DNA of 64,000 nucleotides from a virus (Duplodnaviria; Heunggongvirae; Uroviricota; Caudoviricetes): IMG/VR virus record IMGVR_UViG_3300001605_000025, positions 1 to 64,000 of that record; one strand, 5' to 3'. Shown piece by piece: positions 27,201 to 34,953 of this stretch (position 1 is its first letter; each line of letters starts with the position of its first letter). The notes under the pieces were generated by a model. It saw only the letters and a program-made list of their open reading frames with translations, ran no database searches and was not told where the DNA came from. The position numbers and the translations under genes were made by a program.

Positions 27201-28389
27201 TCTATCTCCGTTAGCGTTACTTGGTGGAATAATTCTTGAACTCGTTACAACAGGAGTTCAAGTATTCTGGGATACCTTACGTATTCTATTTGATAGAGGA
27301 GCAATAGATGCTGGAATATATCTGTTACAGGGTTTACTCTATTTAGTCGGTAGGATTGCTAACGTGATAGCGACAGTTCTAGTTGGTGTCATATCATCGG
27401 TTATGCAACTAGTAGTTAAAGCTATTATCAGTAACATAGGATTGATTCCGGGTGTTGGATCATTCCTATCAGCTATGGGATGGGATGCTAAAACTATCAA
27501 TGCTGAAATTGGTAAGGTAGCTACATCATTAACGGGTGGTATTGGATCGTTAGTAGATCAGTTCTTGAGACCTGCTAGTTATGGGATCAGCTCATTACCT
27601 GGAAGAGCTAGAGGCGGAAAGGTAGTTGCTGGAACACCCGTTATCGTTGGTGAAGAAGGACCTGAGGTGTTTGTACCAAGTGGATCTGGAGATATAATTC
27701 CGAATCATATGACTGGATATGCCGACGGTACAGTTGATGCTATAAGTCTTGAGGCGTCAGCAGAGAAGATCGAGAAAGGAGGATCTGATATTGTATACGG
27801 AGCCGAGGCATATAAACGTATAATGGAAGAACACCGTTCTAAGAATTTCGATATGATGAATCGGTTAATTGGTAATGTCGATCGGATATTCTGGGATGTA
27901 TCAACGGGAACGAATCAACAGATCGGAATGACGAACCCGAACGTACCTGTTACCGGTGATAAGGATTATACACGACATAGAGAACAATTCCTAAGTGCTA
28001 GAACACAGGAAGAAGTTCGTGCTATGCCAAGTGGATTCAGCGGACGATATACTGAACTTGTTCAACCTATTGCTAGTGCTGTGACTAGTATAGCAACCGG
28101 GATACATCAATCATACAGTAGTCTAGAAGAAGTTCTAAGATTACGCAAGTCGTTATCATCTATGGGACCGTTAGCGACTCCAGTGTATCCACATCTAGCA
28201 TCTGGTGGGTTTGTTATGCAGACTGGTGCTGCGGTTGTACATAAAGGAGAACGTATAATACCTGCTGAAGAAGCTTCAGTACAATCCGTTCAGGTTACTA
28301 ACTACGTTACGGCTACCGTCAATAATAAGACTGATGAGAAGTATCTGTTAGAGTTAATGGGTAGAAAGTATTACAGTGGAGCGTATTAA
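21265..28389 (+). CDS. tail tape measure protein with embedded enzyme-like domains
   Basis: GGAGGGG SD before ATG at 21265. 2,374 aa. N-terminal coiled coils, Gly-zipper/hydrophobic segments (about 25,020-25,150 and 26,390-27,560), and C-terminal GxxVxxGxPxIVGEEGPE motifs common in TMPs. Confidence 0.85.
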   Translation: MADREIIEYEIVMDDTQLVETERRVKELRGMLEDVRKGVTVNMTVPDIEKELKARVAAINSYIKGSIKIDDMFDRRFDRNAARSVGDDVGKQVAKGMTEAIRSALNKFTPDTDVNLEKHIADPLQQKTIRETLTPSKTKTSQLVASKRESLANIKQSITALQNLTAEQKSELSKRNKEIDRLYSDEERADNEFIDQLTDAEERHDQVIKDLSVQMKKPRSELKDEGFYIKGKFVKTGFGSHRDVLEPTPLVTPASKEYGKGIGAQQKIPEPGPVPSRLPSRDRFKTNEEFLLALRKAREFYITQTFKEIFGRGAIDTKALSRMTKEQLAITTNENAPRKPRLDKQIETELKLLFNDPKYTVKLNEILKQAETNELGAIQEIRSIIEYERGKVDDIMPYNRIKQWKDRLKSTEPEDTGKREYHQVVPRHQAYDPLWHKRAGRTVERTVSAEPVDQLTDKFVRQKDVKYDTISKIQRRMRGINKLADQLYTVIQDAQTLSPKFYAALNTRQPKPISKHALSPKLEAMLEVEAERQLAPQREVQRAPATLVAFTGHRPNKLGGYDETTQPVRDIKAGLVDSIRTAIASGTKHFISGMALGADMWAAEAVLELKKEFPDIKLTAAVPFKGQERQWPKPVQERYSKILSQADTVKYISDEKSKLSISQMMQKRNQWMVDQADKMIAVFSGSAGGTANTIRAAKKRGIPVENVLENLKQPEQARTETVREAKKTLGPQYVPPVVPTTIEQTEKVVKPVEKAIQKPVTEKQVGPDAFAKIADAINNQLTIQSGPGLTPEQLTKHIDWMGLGKEIGTGFEPNPINLKPIQEAMERVLNAEPPKLLTAGKPTEVPDKVTLYRGGARKKEDSDIESTSNWFTDELERARGYAAMRTMASEGENKVPAIKTISVPSSLLKTLKDVGSHSPGHEFQLPPEIAKRAETAPDLLKGPITIYGKTPTVKMQQAYDSLVDKVIQPIKTGIDTFNNRSTEIPAESGTKYFKNAPKSQRFEDSLSGLDRKEYMQESQEGLDALHNEMNNMTWEQSGEVNKVKDVQKKRQDLIDFVKNAGVKIGLDIDETIQSMNVFSIMFGEESKGFLDPEYMNKNYEQWFEKLNKLSPIYSDIQKFLGNKSVLITARPNLVGLHDKAQQIGKQFGAIATFAVENTKEKAKLIKELGLETYYDEDTLQVTKLQKELDAIGATTKVMQSDFGVAREKGELPNVKRMAEQATAKPVTSPVKTELPTAPAQKPTRNTIADTLKGMVINGGALGGAGLGFLGGMTLGPLPAVFTGWLGANIGMWVDRVIKSGQLKQSIANLFNKTPVVEIPPTVVEKTTQVATGISDAMAGMLERSTFQAQKVIRDKFASVDKNGGTLTIEEAPGAEPAYPGAAVPNVPYVNPALVTRVEGSVTGIVTAMTTASRDIATAGGKVAGQIQVLGMEDFGSLGGSIKEAAQKGVQAVQEKMPRLGSSERPYTGGIRWQKFLDGTLFTDQKAYEEAVAAKIDESIKFQVDTLREMTGLSLEAATTLRKDLAAIIKPSRMKMSTLIGRAKAYIETKGATGTTPEALKEFATGEEKIFERSHPAMKNLVPEDVTPYQRMFGQDYTIKLSFLDYDEFMAAAETVRQLPGWTSTATKEFERYGQLGTNVLHTMKVTGHIPGGKEIGGRIEQVRTATETLATGPSAITERSQLEIGDKRLNLQERMNLAAMYLDKLNWKLVRGQMALLGIAFSMMGAIKMIQKAWSTVTTSMSNLPDIFKNIGMAMAFGPANAQGFLRTMLGSSNQIVGSWKKFTGYTATLNSMLAYFAFRLLQDTRVIFAIDRLVEKIIGLLSDQAFLDKIFGLIANIIDALPGAVDWIVSMVTWLMGILETPGMKDVLKWALAMGLAAQFLMTPLALLGGAVQFLGWAVSALAAILATVQAGWTLLLGQLMGAPAALTQVVAGIAGGIVLGLAAVWLLVKMGIIDAVVKIGEEFQKNFPDIMAILRIVLSPLALLGGIILELVTTGVQVFWDTLRILFDRGAIDAGIYLLQGLLYLVGRIANVIATVLVGVISSVMQLVVKAIISNIGLIPGVGSFLSAMGWDAKTINAEIGKVATSLTGGIGSLVDQFLRPASYGISSLPGRARGGKVVAGTPVIVGEEGPEVFVPSGSGDIIPNHMTGYADGTVDAISLEASAEKIEKGGSDIVYGAEAYKRIMEEHRSKNFDMMNRLIGNVDRIFWDVSTGTNQQIGMTNPNVPVTGDKDYTRHREQFLSARTQEEVRAMPSGFSGRYTELVQPIASAVTSIATGIHQSYSSLEEVLRLRKSLSSMGPLATPVYPHLASGGFVMQTGAAVVHKGERIIPAEEASVQSVQVTNYVTATVNNKTDEKYLLELMGRKYYSGAY
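22897..23388 (+). other. YpsA/DUF1273-type SLOG domain inside the tape measure protein
   Basis: VAFTGHRPNKLGG...FISGMALGADMWAAEAVLELKKEFPDIKLTAAVPFKGQERQWP...KRNQWMVDQADKMIAVF aligns by eye along its whole length with B. subtilis YpsA (ITGYKP...[40 protein letters not shown]...KNQFFIDKSD). Confidence 0.8.
24452..24800 (+). other. HAD-superfamily phosphatase-like domain inside the tape measure protein
   Basis: Motif I IGLDIDETI (DxDxT), motif II SVLITAR, a Lys-rich motif III region (KEKAKLIKELG) and motif IV YYDED, in the correct order and spacing. Confidence 0.5.
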
Positions 28390-28391
28390 TC

Positions 28392-29333
28392 ATGCCTCTA
28401 GCGATAACAAGAAGGATTAAGACTGGTGGATCGTTAGTAGATGCTGATCTAGTAGCTGCAACGTTTGATCCGAAACGGGTAACGTTGATACGTAAGATGA
28501 ATTCGGTCTTGACACCAATTCCTGGTGAGCAACATTTCGGGATGCCTATGGGTCCGGAAGCAGTAGAGTTTAGTGTTAATTTTTTGTGGGATCAATCTAA
28601 CTGCCCATGTCCCGGAAGAACATTTGCACAATCATTGAAACAGTGGACCTGTAATTCGATATATGCCGCTACACCATACGGTTCGTTAGTTAATGATATT
28701 GCGACCGCCCACTATATAGCTAAAACGATTACGTATGATCGAAAAGCTCCAGGTGTGAAAGGAGTTAAGAATGGTAGCTGTACGCTGTATCCGGTTTGGA
28801 ATGTAACAATGAACTTAATGAAATTGAGAGATTCAGATGTTACGGACTGTCCAACGTTTACCGATTATACGATTAGTAATTCGTACAGTGGGTCGAGTCT
28901 TACACCGTTCCTTGAAATGACTAATGTACTGGATGATTCTGATATTACTGTACAACCGTCAACAATAAAAGTTGCACATACTGGACAGCCTCAAGCTTTT
29001 GCGTTATATGATGAGGAAGCACTAAGTATATTACCACCGTTAGGTAACGTAGGACCGGTTATCGATATTGAGTTCCGAGCTAGTAATGCTGATTTTGAAC
29101 TTATAAAAGGATGGGCTGCCACACGAACAACTGTTGTATCAACTGATCAATGTCAGTATGACGAATTTGATATTGATAACGCTCCGTCTTACTATAGTAG
29201 ATGGATAGTAAGTGGTTATAGTTGGGATCGTGATGTTGGATCGGGAGGTCAGTATACAGCTACTGGTAAAGTGACTAGGCGTATAGCGATGTCGCTAACA
29301 CGTTATTGGGGATATGAATTACTGGAGGTGTAA
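28392..29333 (+). CDS. distal tail protein (Dit-like, positional)
   Basis: 313 aa, immediately after the TMP. Confidence 0.4.
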   Translation: MPLAITRRIKTGGSLVDADLVAATFDPKRVTLIRKMNSVLTPIPGEQHFGMPMGPEAVEFSVNFLWDQSNCPCPGRTFAQSLKQWTCNSIYAATPYGSLVNDIATAHYIAKTITYDRKAPGVKGVKNGSCTLYPVWNVTMNLMKLRDSDVTDCPTFTDYTISNSYSGSSLTPFLEMTNVLDDSDITVQPSTIKVAHTGQPQAFALYDEEALSILPPLGNVGPVIDIEFRASNADFELIKGWAATRTTVVSTDQCQYDEFDIDNAPSYYSRWIVSGYSWDRDVGSGGQYTATGKVTRRIAMSLTRYWGYELLEV

Positions 29334-29336
29334 AAT

Positions 29337-31298
29337 ATGCCGTGGATACTATATGAAGTACTTGCTGCTGCTACGCATAATGTGATAGATTCATCAAGAG
29401 CAATAGTATCATGTGATTTACAGAAACTGAATGAAGCAAGAGTGATTTGTTCACACTCTAACGTTAGTGGTCCAGTTGATAATGATACTGAAGTTCAGAT
29501 TATTGATCAAGTTGTTGATCCGGTAACTAAGTTGGTTACCGAGGAGCATGTACTGATACATGGATATGTAGAAAAGTATGCTCAGATGACTAAAGGAGCT
29601 ATTAATAGTACATACGAGTATACGATAAAGGAACTTGCTGGTGAACTAGAGAAGTATCGTGTACACGTAACGGGAACGTCTAACTATATCGTAACGTGTC
29701 CTGCTCAGAATACTAGTGCTTATGCAGCATCCATTTTAGTTGAAACAACGTGGAGTGCTGCGACAGCTATGACCAATTATTTAGTTGATGCATTACAGTT
29801 TCGTTACATGACTGCTTTAGCTGGACTTAATAAAATAGTCTCACAACTATCTGCGGCGACGGCTGCGACACCACTTTATATGTGGTTTGATAGTGATCTA
29901 AAGACGGTCGGCTGGGGGACCTCTAGGAACGATAGGACGTCTGTGAACTTTATCAAAGGACTGTATTACGATTATAAGGAAGAAAAGACAATCCGTAACC
30001 AGGTAAATGGTGTTGTTATATTTGGTGCTAATAGCGCGTATAGTGGCCAGTATCCAGCTGTTCCGACTGGACACAATCTAGCGGTATATCAGTATGACGA
30101 TGCGAATACTGATGCGGAATGTGAACAGATAGCAACTGCTGTATACTTGACGTGGTGTAATGATCCGAAACGACGTATCCAATTTAAGGTAAGACCTATA
30201 GATACGAAAGTTGCTGGAAGCTACGTATTAGAGGGTGATCGTATACAGGTCGATGGTGTTAACTATACGGTTATCGACATGACGTATACACCGAAAGATA
30301 TACTGATAGGTGTAAATGCTGGAGAGGACTCTGTTCTGTATAGTCTTGGTGATAAACTGAAACCAGTAGCCGGAACAGCTAGTGGAGCACTTAATCAGAG
30401 TTGGGATCCAGGAACACAGAATGTTAGTAGTGACGGAACTACTAAGACAGTCTTTACGTATCAGCTAGCTGATAATACGAAGCTTGGAGATGATTGGTTA
30501 CTAGACTGTACAATTGGAACGTATAAGGCTCAGTCCTATCAGGTTACGGCAGCTGTTGCTAATGAGTTGTTAAGTAATGTACTAGTTCCGTCTAGTTTCG
30601 ATGGACTTAGCTATCCAGGTGATCTGTGGAATGCAGCGACTACCTACTTACCATTCACATCTGGTACTCCTGAACTAGTTGCTGGTTCTGAGATCGAGAA
30701 CGGATTTGAATATGCATTCGCAACTGTATCGTTTACGACTGAACCTATATTAGCAACTGTTGATATTGGATACTTATATGTAACATGTGAATATAATTAT
30801 ACAGGAGCCACTACTGGATGGTTTGAAGGAACGTTCCAGCAGAAATGGAGAATCCCAACTGGTCCAGATGGAGAACGTACATTCTGTACGAATACGTATT
30901 TGATCCCTGGAACTGCGAATACGTGTCAGCCGCATGTTAGATGGAAGTGTCTAGCTGAGATTGGTGTTAATGATGTTGCTGCTGGTGTACATTATTATTT
31001 ACGGAATATTAGTTGTATGTTAGATGTTATACCGAGACATACTCATGACTGGCAACAGACTGGTGTGACGAATGCGAATGAACTGTTAGCTCCACAGACT
31101 GATGATGTTACTGAAGTGGAGACCACACCACCAGCATCGGTAACTGTGTACGTTAATGGAACAAATTTAGGATCGTTAACACCCGGAGTACCGAAGGATA
31201 TTAAATCATATCTAATTGATGGGATTAATGATATATCGTTTACATCGGATACTGTATGTACCGTCACACCATCTGGTAAGTTTATAATGTACGGGTGA
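29337..31298 (+). CDS. tail hub / baseplate protein (Tal-like, positional)
   Basis: GGAGGTG SD. 653 aa. Second gene after the TMP. Confidence 0.4.
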   Translation: MPWILYEVLAAATHNVIDSSRAIVSCDLQKLNEARVICSHSNVSGPVDNDTEVQIIDQVVDPVTKLVTEEHVLIHGYVEKYAQMTKGAINSTYEYTIKELAGELEKYRVHVTGTSNYIVTCPAQNTSAYAASILVETTWSAATAMTNYLVDALQFRYMTALAGLNKIVSQLSAATAATPLYMWFDSDLKTVGWGTSRNDRTSVNFIKGLYYDYKEEKTIRNQVNGVVIFGANSAYSGQYPAVPTGHNLAVYQYDDANTDAECEQIATAVYLTWCNDPKRRIQFKVRPIDTKVAGSYVLEGDRIQVDGVNYTVIDMTYTPKDILIGVNAGEDSVLYSLGDKLKPVAGTASGALNQSWDPGTQNVSSDGTTKTVFTYQLADNTKLGDDWLLDCTIGTYKAQSYQVTAAVANELLSNVLVPSSFDGLSYPGDLWNAATTYLPFTSGTPELVAGSEIENGFEYAFATVSFTTEPILATVDIGYLYVTCEYNYTGATTGWFEGTFQQKWRIPTGPDGERTFCTNTYLIPGTANTCQPHVRWKCLAEIGVNDVAAGVHYYLRNISCMLDVIPRHTHDWQQTGVTNANELLAPQTDDVTEVETTPPASVTVYVNGTNLGSLTPGVPKDIKSYLIDGINDISFTSDTVCTVTPSGKFIMYG

Positions 31299-31303
31299 TA
31301 GTA

Positions 31304-31762
31304 ATGACGTTTCAGAATGGTGATTTTGAAACTGGAGATCTGACGGGATGGACAGATAATAGTTCTGGTGCAGGATCAGCTTCTGTGACAACTGGAGCTA
31401 AATATAGTGGAACGTATGGATGTAGTTTGTTAATGTCATCTAATAGTGAAGGAACGATGGATGGTCAGGCATCGATTAGTCAAGACTTTGATACCAACTT
31501 CATCAGTATTAGTATGAAACATAAAGTGGCACAATTCGATGAAAGTCCAGGGATGGTTGGGTTTCGTGTGTATGTATCTGTACACGATGCTTCACATGCT
31601 GTAACGAATCTCTGGATATATGGGGGTTGGATATGGAGTACGTCGGACTGGGAAACGATGTCGTTCACGAAAGCTGAAATCGAGGCGATGTTTCCGTCCG
31701 GGTACCACTGGAACGAAAGTGGAGTGTCAACACTGATGATTAACCAGTTCGTGCTAGCTTAA
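31304..31762 (+). CDS. carbohydrate-binding-module-like protein
   Basis: N-terminal FQNGDFETGDLTGWT is typical of CBM4/9-type or galactose-binding-like jelly rolls. 152 aa. Confidence 0.45.
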   Translation: MTFQNGDFETGDLTGWTDNSSGAGSASVTTGAKYSGTYGCSLLMSSNSEGTMDGQASISQDFDTNFISISMKHKVAQFDESPGMVGFRVYVSVHDASHAVTNLWIYGGWIWSTSDWETMSFTKAEIEAMFPSGYHWNESGVSTLMINQFVLA

Positions 31763-31777
31763 TAAGAGGTAGGATAC

Positions 31778-33175
31778 ATGACAATCTATTATAACGAGAG
31801 TTACGTCGATGATATAGAGATTGAGTATCCGTTATCACCTATTATAGAGGTTAGCTTAACGTATCGTGTTAAACGAACTGGTTTAATAACAACAGATCTC
31901 AGGTACGACATATGTCATGTTATCCAGAAAACTTTAGAGTATCGTTTTACACGAACAGTAACACTTAGCCGACCGTTAGTAGAGTGGATACCATCATCTG
32001 CGACTATTAACTATAACGATCAGGGAACATATACAGTTAACAATCTGTATGGTAGTAATAATAATGCGTATGCAAAGTTTAACGTTAATACGGTACCAAG
32101 TAGAACGTTACCGTGGACACTCCAGTATGATTACGGGTATGGTGGACAGAAGCAGGTAACCCGATATGTGATGCACTATCCGAATGGATTCACTGGTAGT
32201 GATATATTTCCGAAGTCGTGGGTATTTGAAGGATCTTTAAACGGAACAACTTGGACAGCGTTAGATACGCAGACTAGTCAGACATTTAGTGTGACACGCA
32301 CTATTGATTTCGTAAACAATAAGGCCTACCGTTACTATCGTCTGAGAGTTACCGAACATTGGAGTCCAGCGTCACCTAAAGATCTATATATAGGTAGAGT
32401 AAAGCTTTACGATCAAGGTAGTACGTTACTTGAATATGCTATATATACGGCATCACTAGAAGCAGATACGTATGCTGGAGTTGCTCCAATAAACGTTACG
32501 TTTACCATTACGGATGAAAGTTTACCAAGTCTACCTAGATATCATTGGGATTTCGGAGATGGAACATCTGGATATAGTACAACACCAACAGCACGGAAAC
32601 AATACCTAAATGCTGGTACGTTTACGGTATCTGTTAGTGTCCCTAATCTAGAGTATCTACCTGTCGCATCGGTAGTAGTAACAATTACTGAAAGGCCAGC
32701 TGGACCACATGCAATGTTCTTTGCAAATCCAGTTATGGGAATCGCACCGTTGAATGTTCAGTTTGAGAACATTAGTGTGTATACTGGAGCCGTAACATGG
32801 GACTGGAATTTCGGAGACGGAACAGATCATTCAGCAGAAAAGAATCCGTTACATACGTATACTGGAGGTGCCACATACAACGTATCGTTAACGGTTACAG
32901 ATAGTGATGGGAATGATACGTTAACTCGGGTAAATTATATACATGGATCAGTTGTTCCGCCATCTGCTAACTTCGAGATTGCTAGTGGAAATGCAACGGT
33001 AACATATGGTGAGGGAATATGGGTGGAACTTAAGGTAACCGATAGTTTAGGGAATACCAGTTCTATCACTATGAACGTACTTCTAGATGATGAAGAAGAT
33101 AGATTCATAGAGTTTAGAAATACATCTACTGGTGATATAGTAGAGTGTAGATGGACATATGGTGATCTATCGTGA
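31778..33175 (+). CDS. adhesin-like tail protein: discoidin/F5-8-C-like domain plus two PKD domains
   Basis: PKSWVFEGSLNGTTWTALD...YRYYRLRV is discoidin-like. HWDFGDGTSG...GTFTVSVSV and WDWNFGDGTDHS...YNVSLTVTDSDGN are PKD signatures. Confidence 0.65.
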   Translation: MTIYYNESYVDDIEIEYPLSPIIEVSLTYRVKRTGLITTDLRYDICHVIQKTLEYRFTRTVTLSRPLVEWIPSSATINYNDQGTYTVNNLYGSNNNAYAKFNVNTVPSRTLPWTLQYDYGYGGQKQVTRYVMHYPNGFTGSDIFPKSWVFEGSLNGTTWTALDTQTSQTFSVTRTIDFVNNKAYRYYRLRVTEHWSPASPKDLYIGRVKLYDQGSTLLEYAIYTASLEADTYAGVAPINVTFTITDESLPSLPRYHWDFGDGTSGYSTTPTARKQYLNAGTFTVSVSVPNLEYLPVASVVVTITERPAGPHAMFFANPVMGIAPLNVQFENISVYTGAVTWDWNFGDGTDHSAEKNPLHTYTGGATYNVSLTVTDSDGNDTLTRVNYIHGSVVPPSANFEIASGNATVTYGEGIWVELKVTDSLGNTSSITMNVLLDDEEDRFIEFRNTSTGDIVECRWTYGDLS

Positions 33176-33600
33176 CAGTATATACACATAAGAAGTCTGT
33201 GCTGTATCATCCGACACATCTTTTTGGGACACCAGATATTTGGGGGAAGCCATTTGACTCATCGGTATATCCACAAGATACTCCGATTGTAAGTCAAGGT
33301 ACAACTGGCTTCGACTGGGATGGTACGGGAATAGTATACGTTACACAGTCGTATGAAGGTACGTTATTGTATGGACTAATCGTTGATGATAATGTACGGA
33401 TAGAGACAGCCTTGGATACGTTTGAGACTGTTGGTGGATCTGGGCTTAAACCAGCACTAGATATTACAGCTGGGCTAAACGTTGGATTTAATGCCATTAC
33501 GTTAACAGTTCTTAATACAGGTTTGTTATCAATTGCGTTAGGATGGAATGATGAATACGAATATTATTTATGGACACGTATTGTTCAGGTTTCCGGTTGA
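33172..33600 (+). CDS. hypothetical tail-associated protein
   Basis: 142-aa ORF with 4-nt overlap coupling. Confidence 0.4.
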   Translation: MTVYTHKKSVLYHPTHLFGTPDIWGKPFDSSVYPQDTPIVSQGTTGFDWDGTGIVYVTQSYEGTLLYGLIVDDNVRIETALDTFETVGGSGLKPALDITAGLNVGFNAITLTVLNTGLLSIALGWNDEYEYYLWTRIVQVSG

Positions 33601-33672
33601 TTTCGTGAATGGATCCAACATTTCTAATTAATCTCATTCTTTATATTGAGGGAATAAGATATAATCGTTTCA

Positions 33673-33688
33673 GGTGATAGGTATCACC
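33673..33688. promoter_or_regulatory. operator-like palindrome GGTGATA-GG-TATCACC
   Basis: 7-bp inverted arms 14 nt upstream of ATG at 33702, in a 100-nt intergenic gap that also contains TTTATATT (33640-33647). Confidence 0.3.
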
Positions 33689-33701
33689 ATGGAGACTTTT
33701 A

Positions 33702-34229
33702 ATGTCAGCTACTGTAACTATTGCCGAGAAAAACGGCGCGGGTGGAACGCAAACTGATAGCATTACGAATACTAATATGGGTAGTACTGATGCTGTGAAT
33801 CTTGTTGCAGCCTCGTTTCCGATAACTGCTGGAGCGAACAGCTATGAGAAGATTCAGCACTTTAGAGTTTCGGCAGCTGGTGGATCATCACAGATTAAAC
33901 AGCCGAAGGTTTGGGCGTCTGCAGTATTAGCATCTGGTGCGACACTGTACACTAATGCGAATGTGACGCCTGCTAATTATAAGAATGTTGGGACGTACTG
34001 GCAACCTGTTACAACTGCAAGTACTGCTGCGACTTATAACATGCCAACAGCAACTCCTGCAACTGCTAATCTTGGAATTGGTGGAGTGTTACTCGATTCG
34101 GCGTATATCGATCTGGCAGGAACACTTCCAGCATCGACTGATTATCTAGTCACGCAGATCAAGACAAGTTCAAATGCAACAGCCGGAACTACGGTTACTA
34201 TGAATTATCAGTATGATGAGATAGCCTAG
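33702..34229 (+). CDS. hypothetical structural protein (Ala/Thr/Ser-rich)
   Basis: 175-aa ORF after the intergenic gap. Confidence 0.45.
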   Translation: MSATVTIAEKNGAGGTQTDSITNTNMGSTDAVNLVAASFPITAGANSYEKIQHFRVSAAGGSSQIKQPKVWASAVLASGATLYTNANVTPANYKNVGTYWQPVTTASTAATYNMPTATPATANLGIGGVLLDSAYIDLAGTLPASTDYLVTQIKTSSNATAGTTVTMNYQYDEIA

Positions 34230-34253
34230 AAAACGATATGGAGAATCAATACA

Positions 34254-34667
34254 ATGATTCCAGTTTGGAAGTTCTACCCGGAACAGTCGGGAGCTGAGAC
34301 ACAAGAAGTGTCACCTGAGCGATGGGCTTGGGTGGCACTCTATTCTGACTGTACAATTCTTGAGCAATTCGGATCAGATGGACGATTCCATCAACTGAAA
34401 GAGATCGACGTAACAAAACTTATCGGGTTCCAGATGGTTAACCTGTTAGGCGTCCAGCAGCCTATTTTGATACACTGGAAACCAGGATGGAAGCTTATAC
34501 ACTTCTATCGTAATATTCGACTGCATGTTGGGACACCTGAAGAGGTAGCTATACGTTTATATTGTTTCGGTTACGAAGCGAATAAGCAAAAGGTTATCAT
34601 CGTAATTATGCCAACTGACCAGATTCGGATTGTTGAAGATGTGAACGAAATATCAATAGAGGGATAG
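34254..34667 (+). CDS. hypothetical protein
   Basis: 137-aa ORF. Confidence 0.45.
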   Translation: MIPVWKFYPEQSGAETQEVSPERWAWVALYSDCTILEQFGSDGRFHQLKEIDVTKLIGFQMVNLLGVQQPILIHWKPGWKLIHFYRNIRLHVGTPEEVAIRLYCFGYEANKQKVIIVIMPTDQIRIVEDVNEISIEG

Positions 34668-34668
34668 T

Positions 34669-34953
34669 ATGGCATTAGATACGTCAGCTGTTAAGATCAC
34701 ACCTGCTGAAGTGAAATCGTTAGTAGCGTCTTATATGTTAGCAGAAACTAAGACACCTACACAGATGAAAGAGTTGATCAGTTCGTATGAAGTTAAGTGT
34801 GAACGGATTGATAGTATGATTAATGATCCAATGATACCAGCAGAACTTAAAAAAGATCTAAAGGATAAGAAGCTTCGGATACTTAAGAAGTATATGGTAC
34901 TACAAGAACATGATAAAAACATATCTATTAAGCCCGTAGAAGAGGTTAAGTAA
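34669..34953 (+). CDS. hypothetical protein
   Basis: 94-aa ORF. Confidence 0.45.
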   Translation: MALDTSAVKITPAEVKSLVASYMLAETKTPTQMKELISSYEVKCERIDSMINDPMIPAELKKDLKDKKLRILKKYMVLQEHDKNISIKPVEEVK

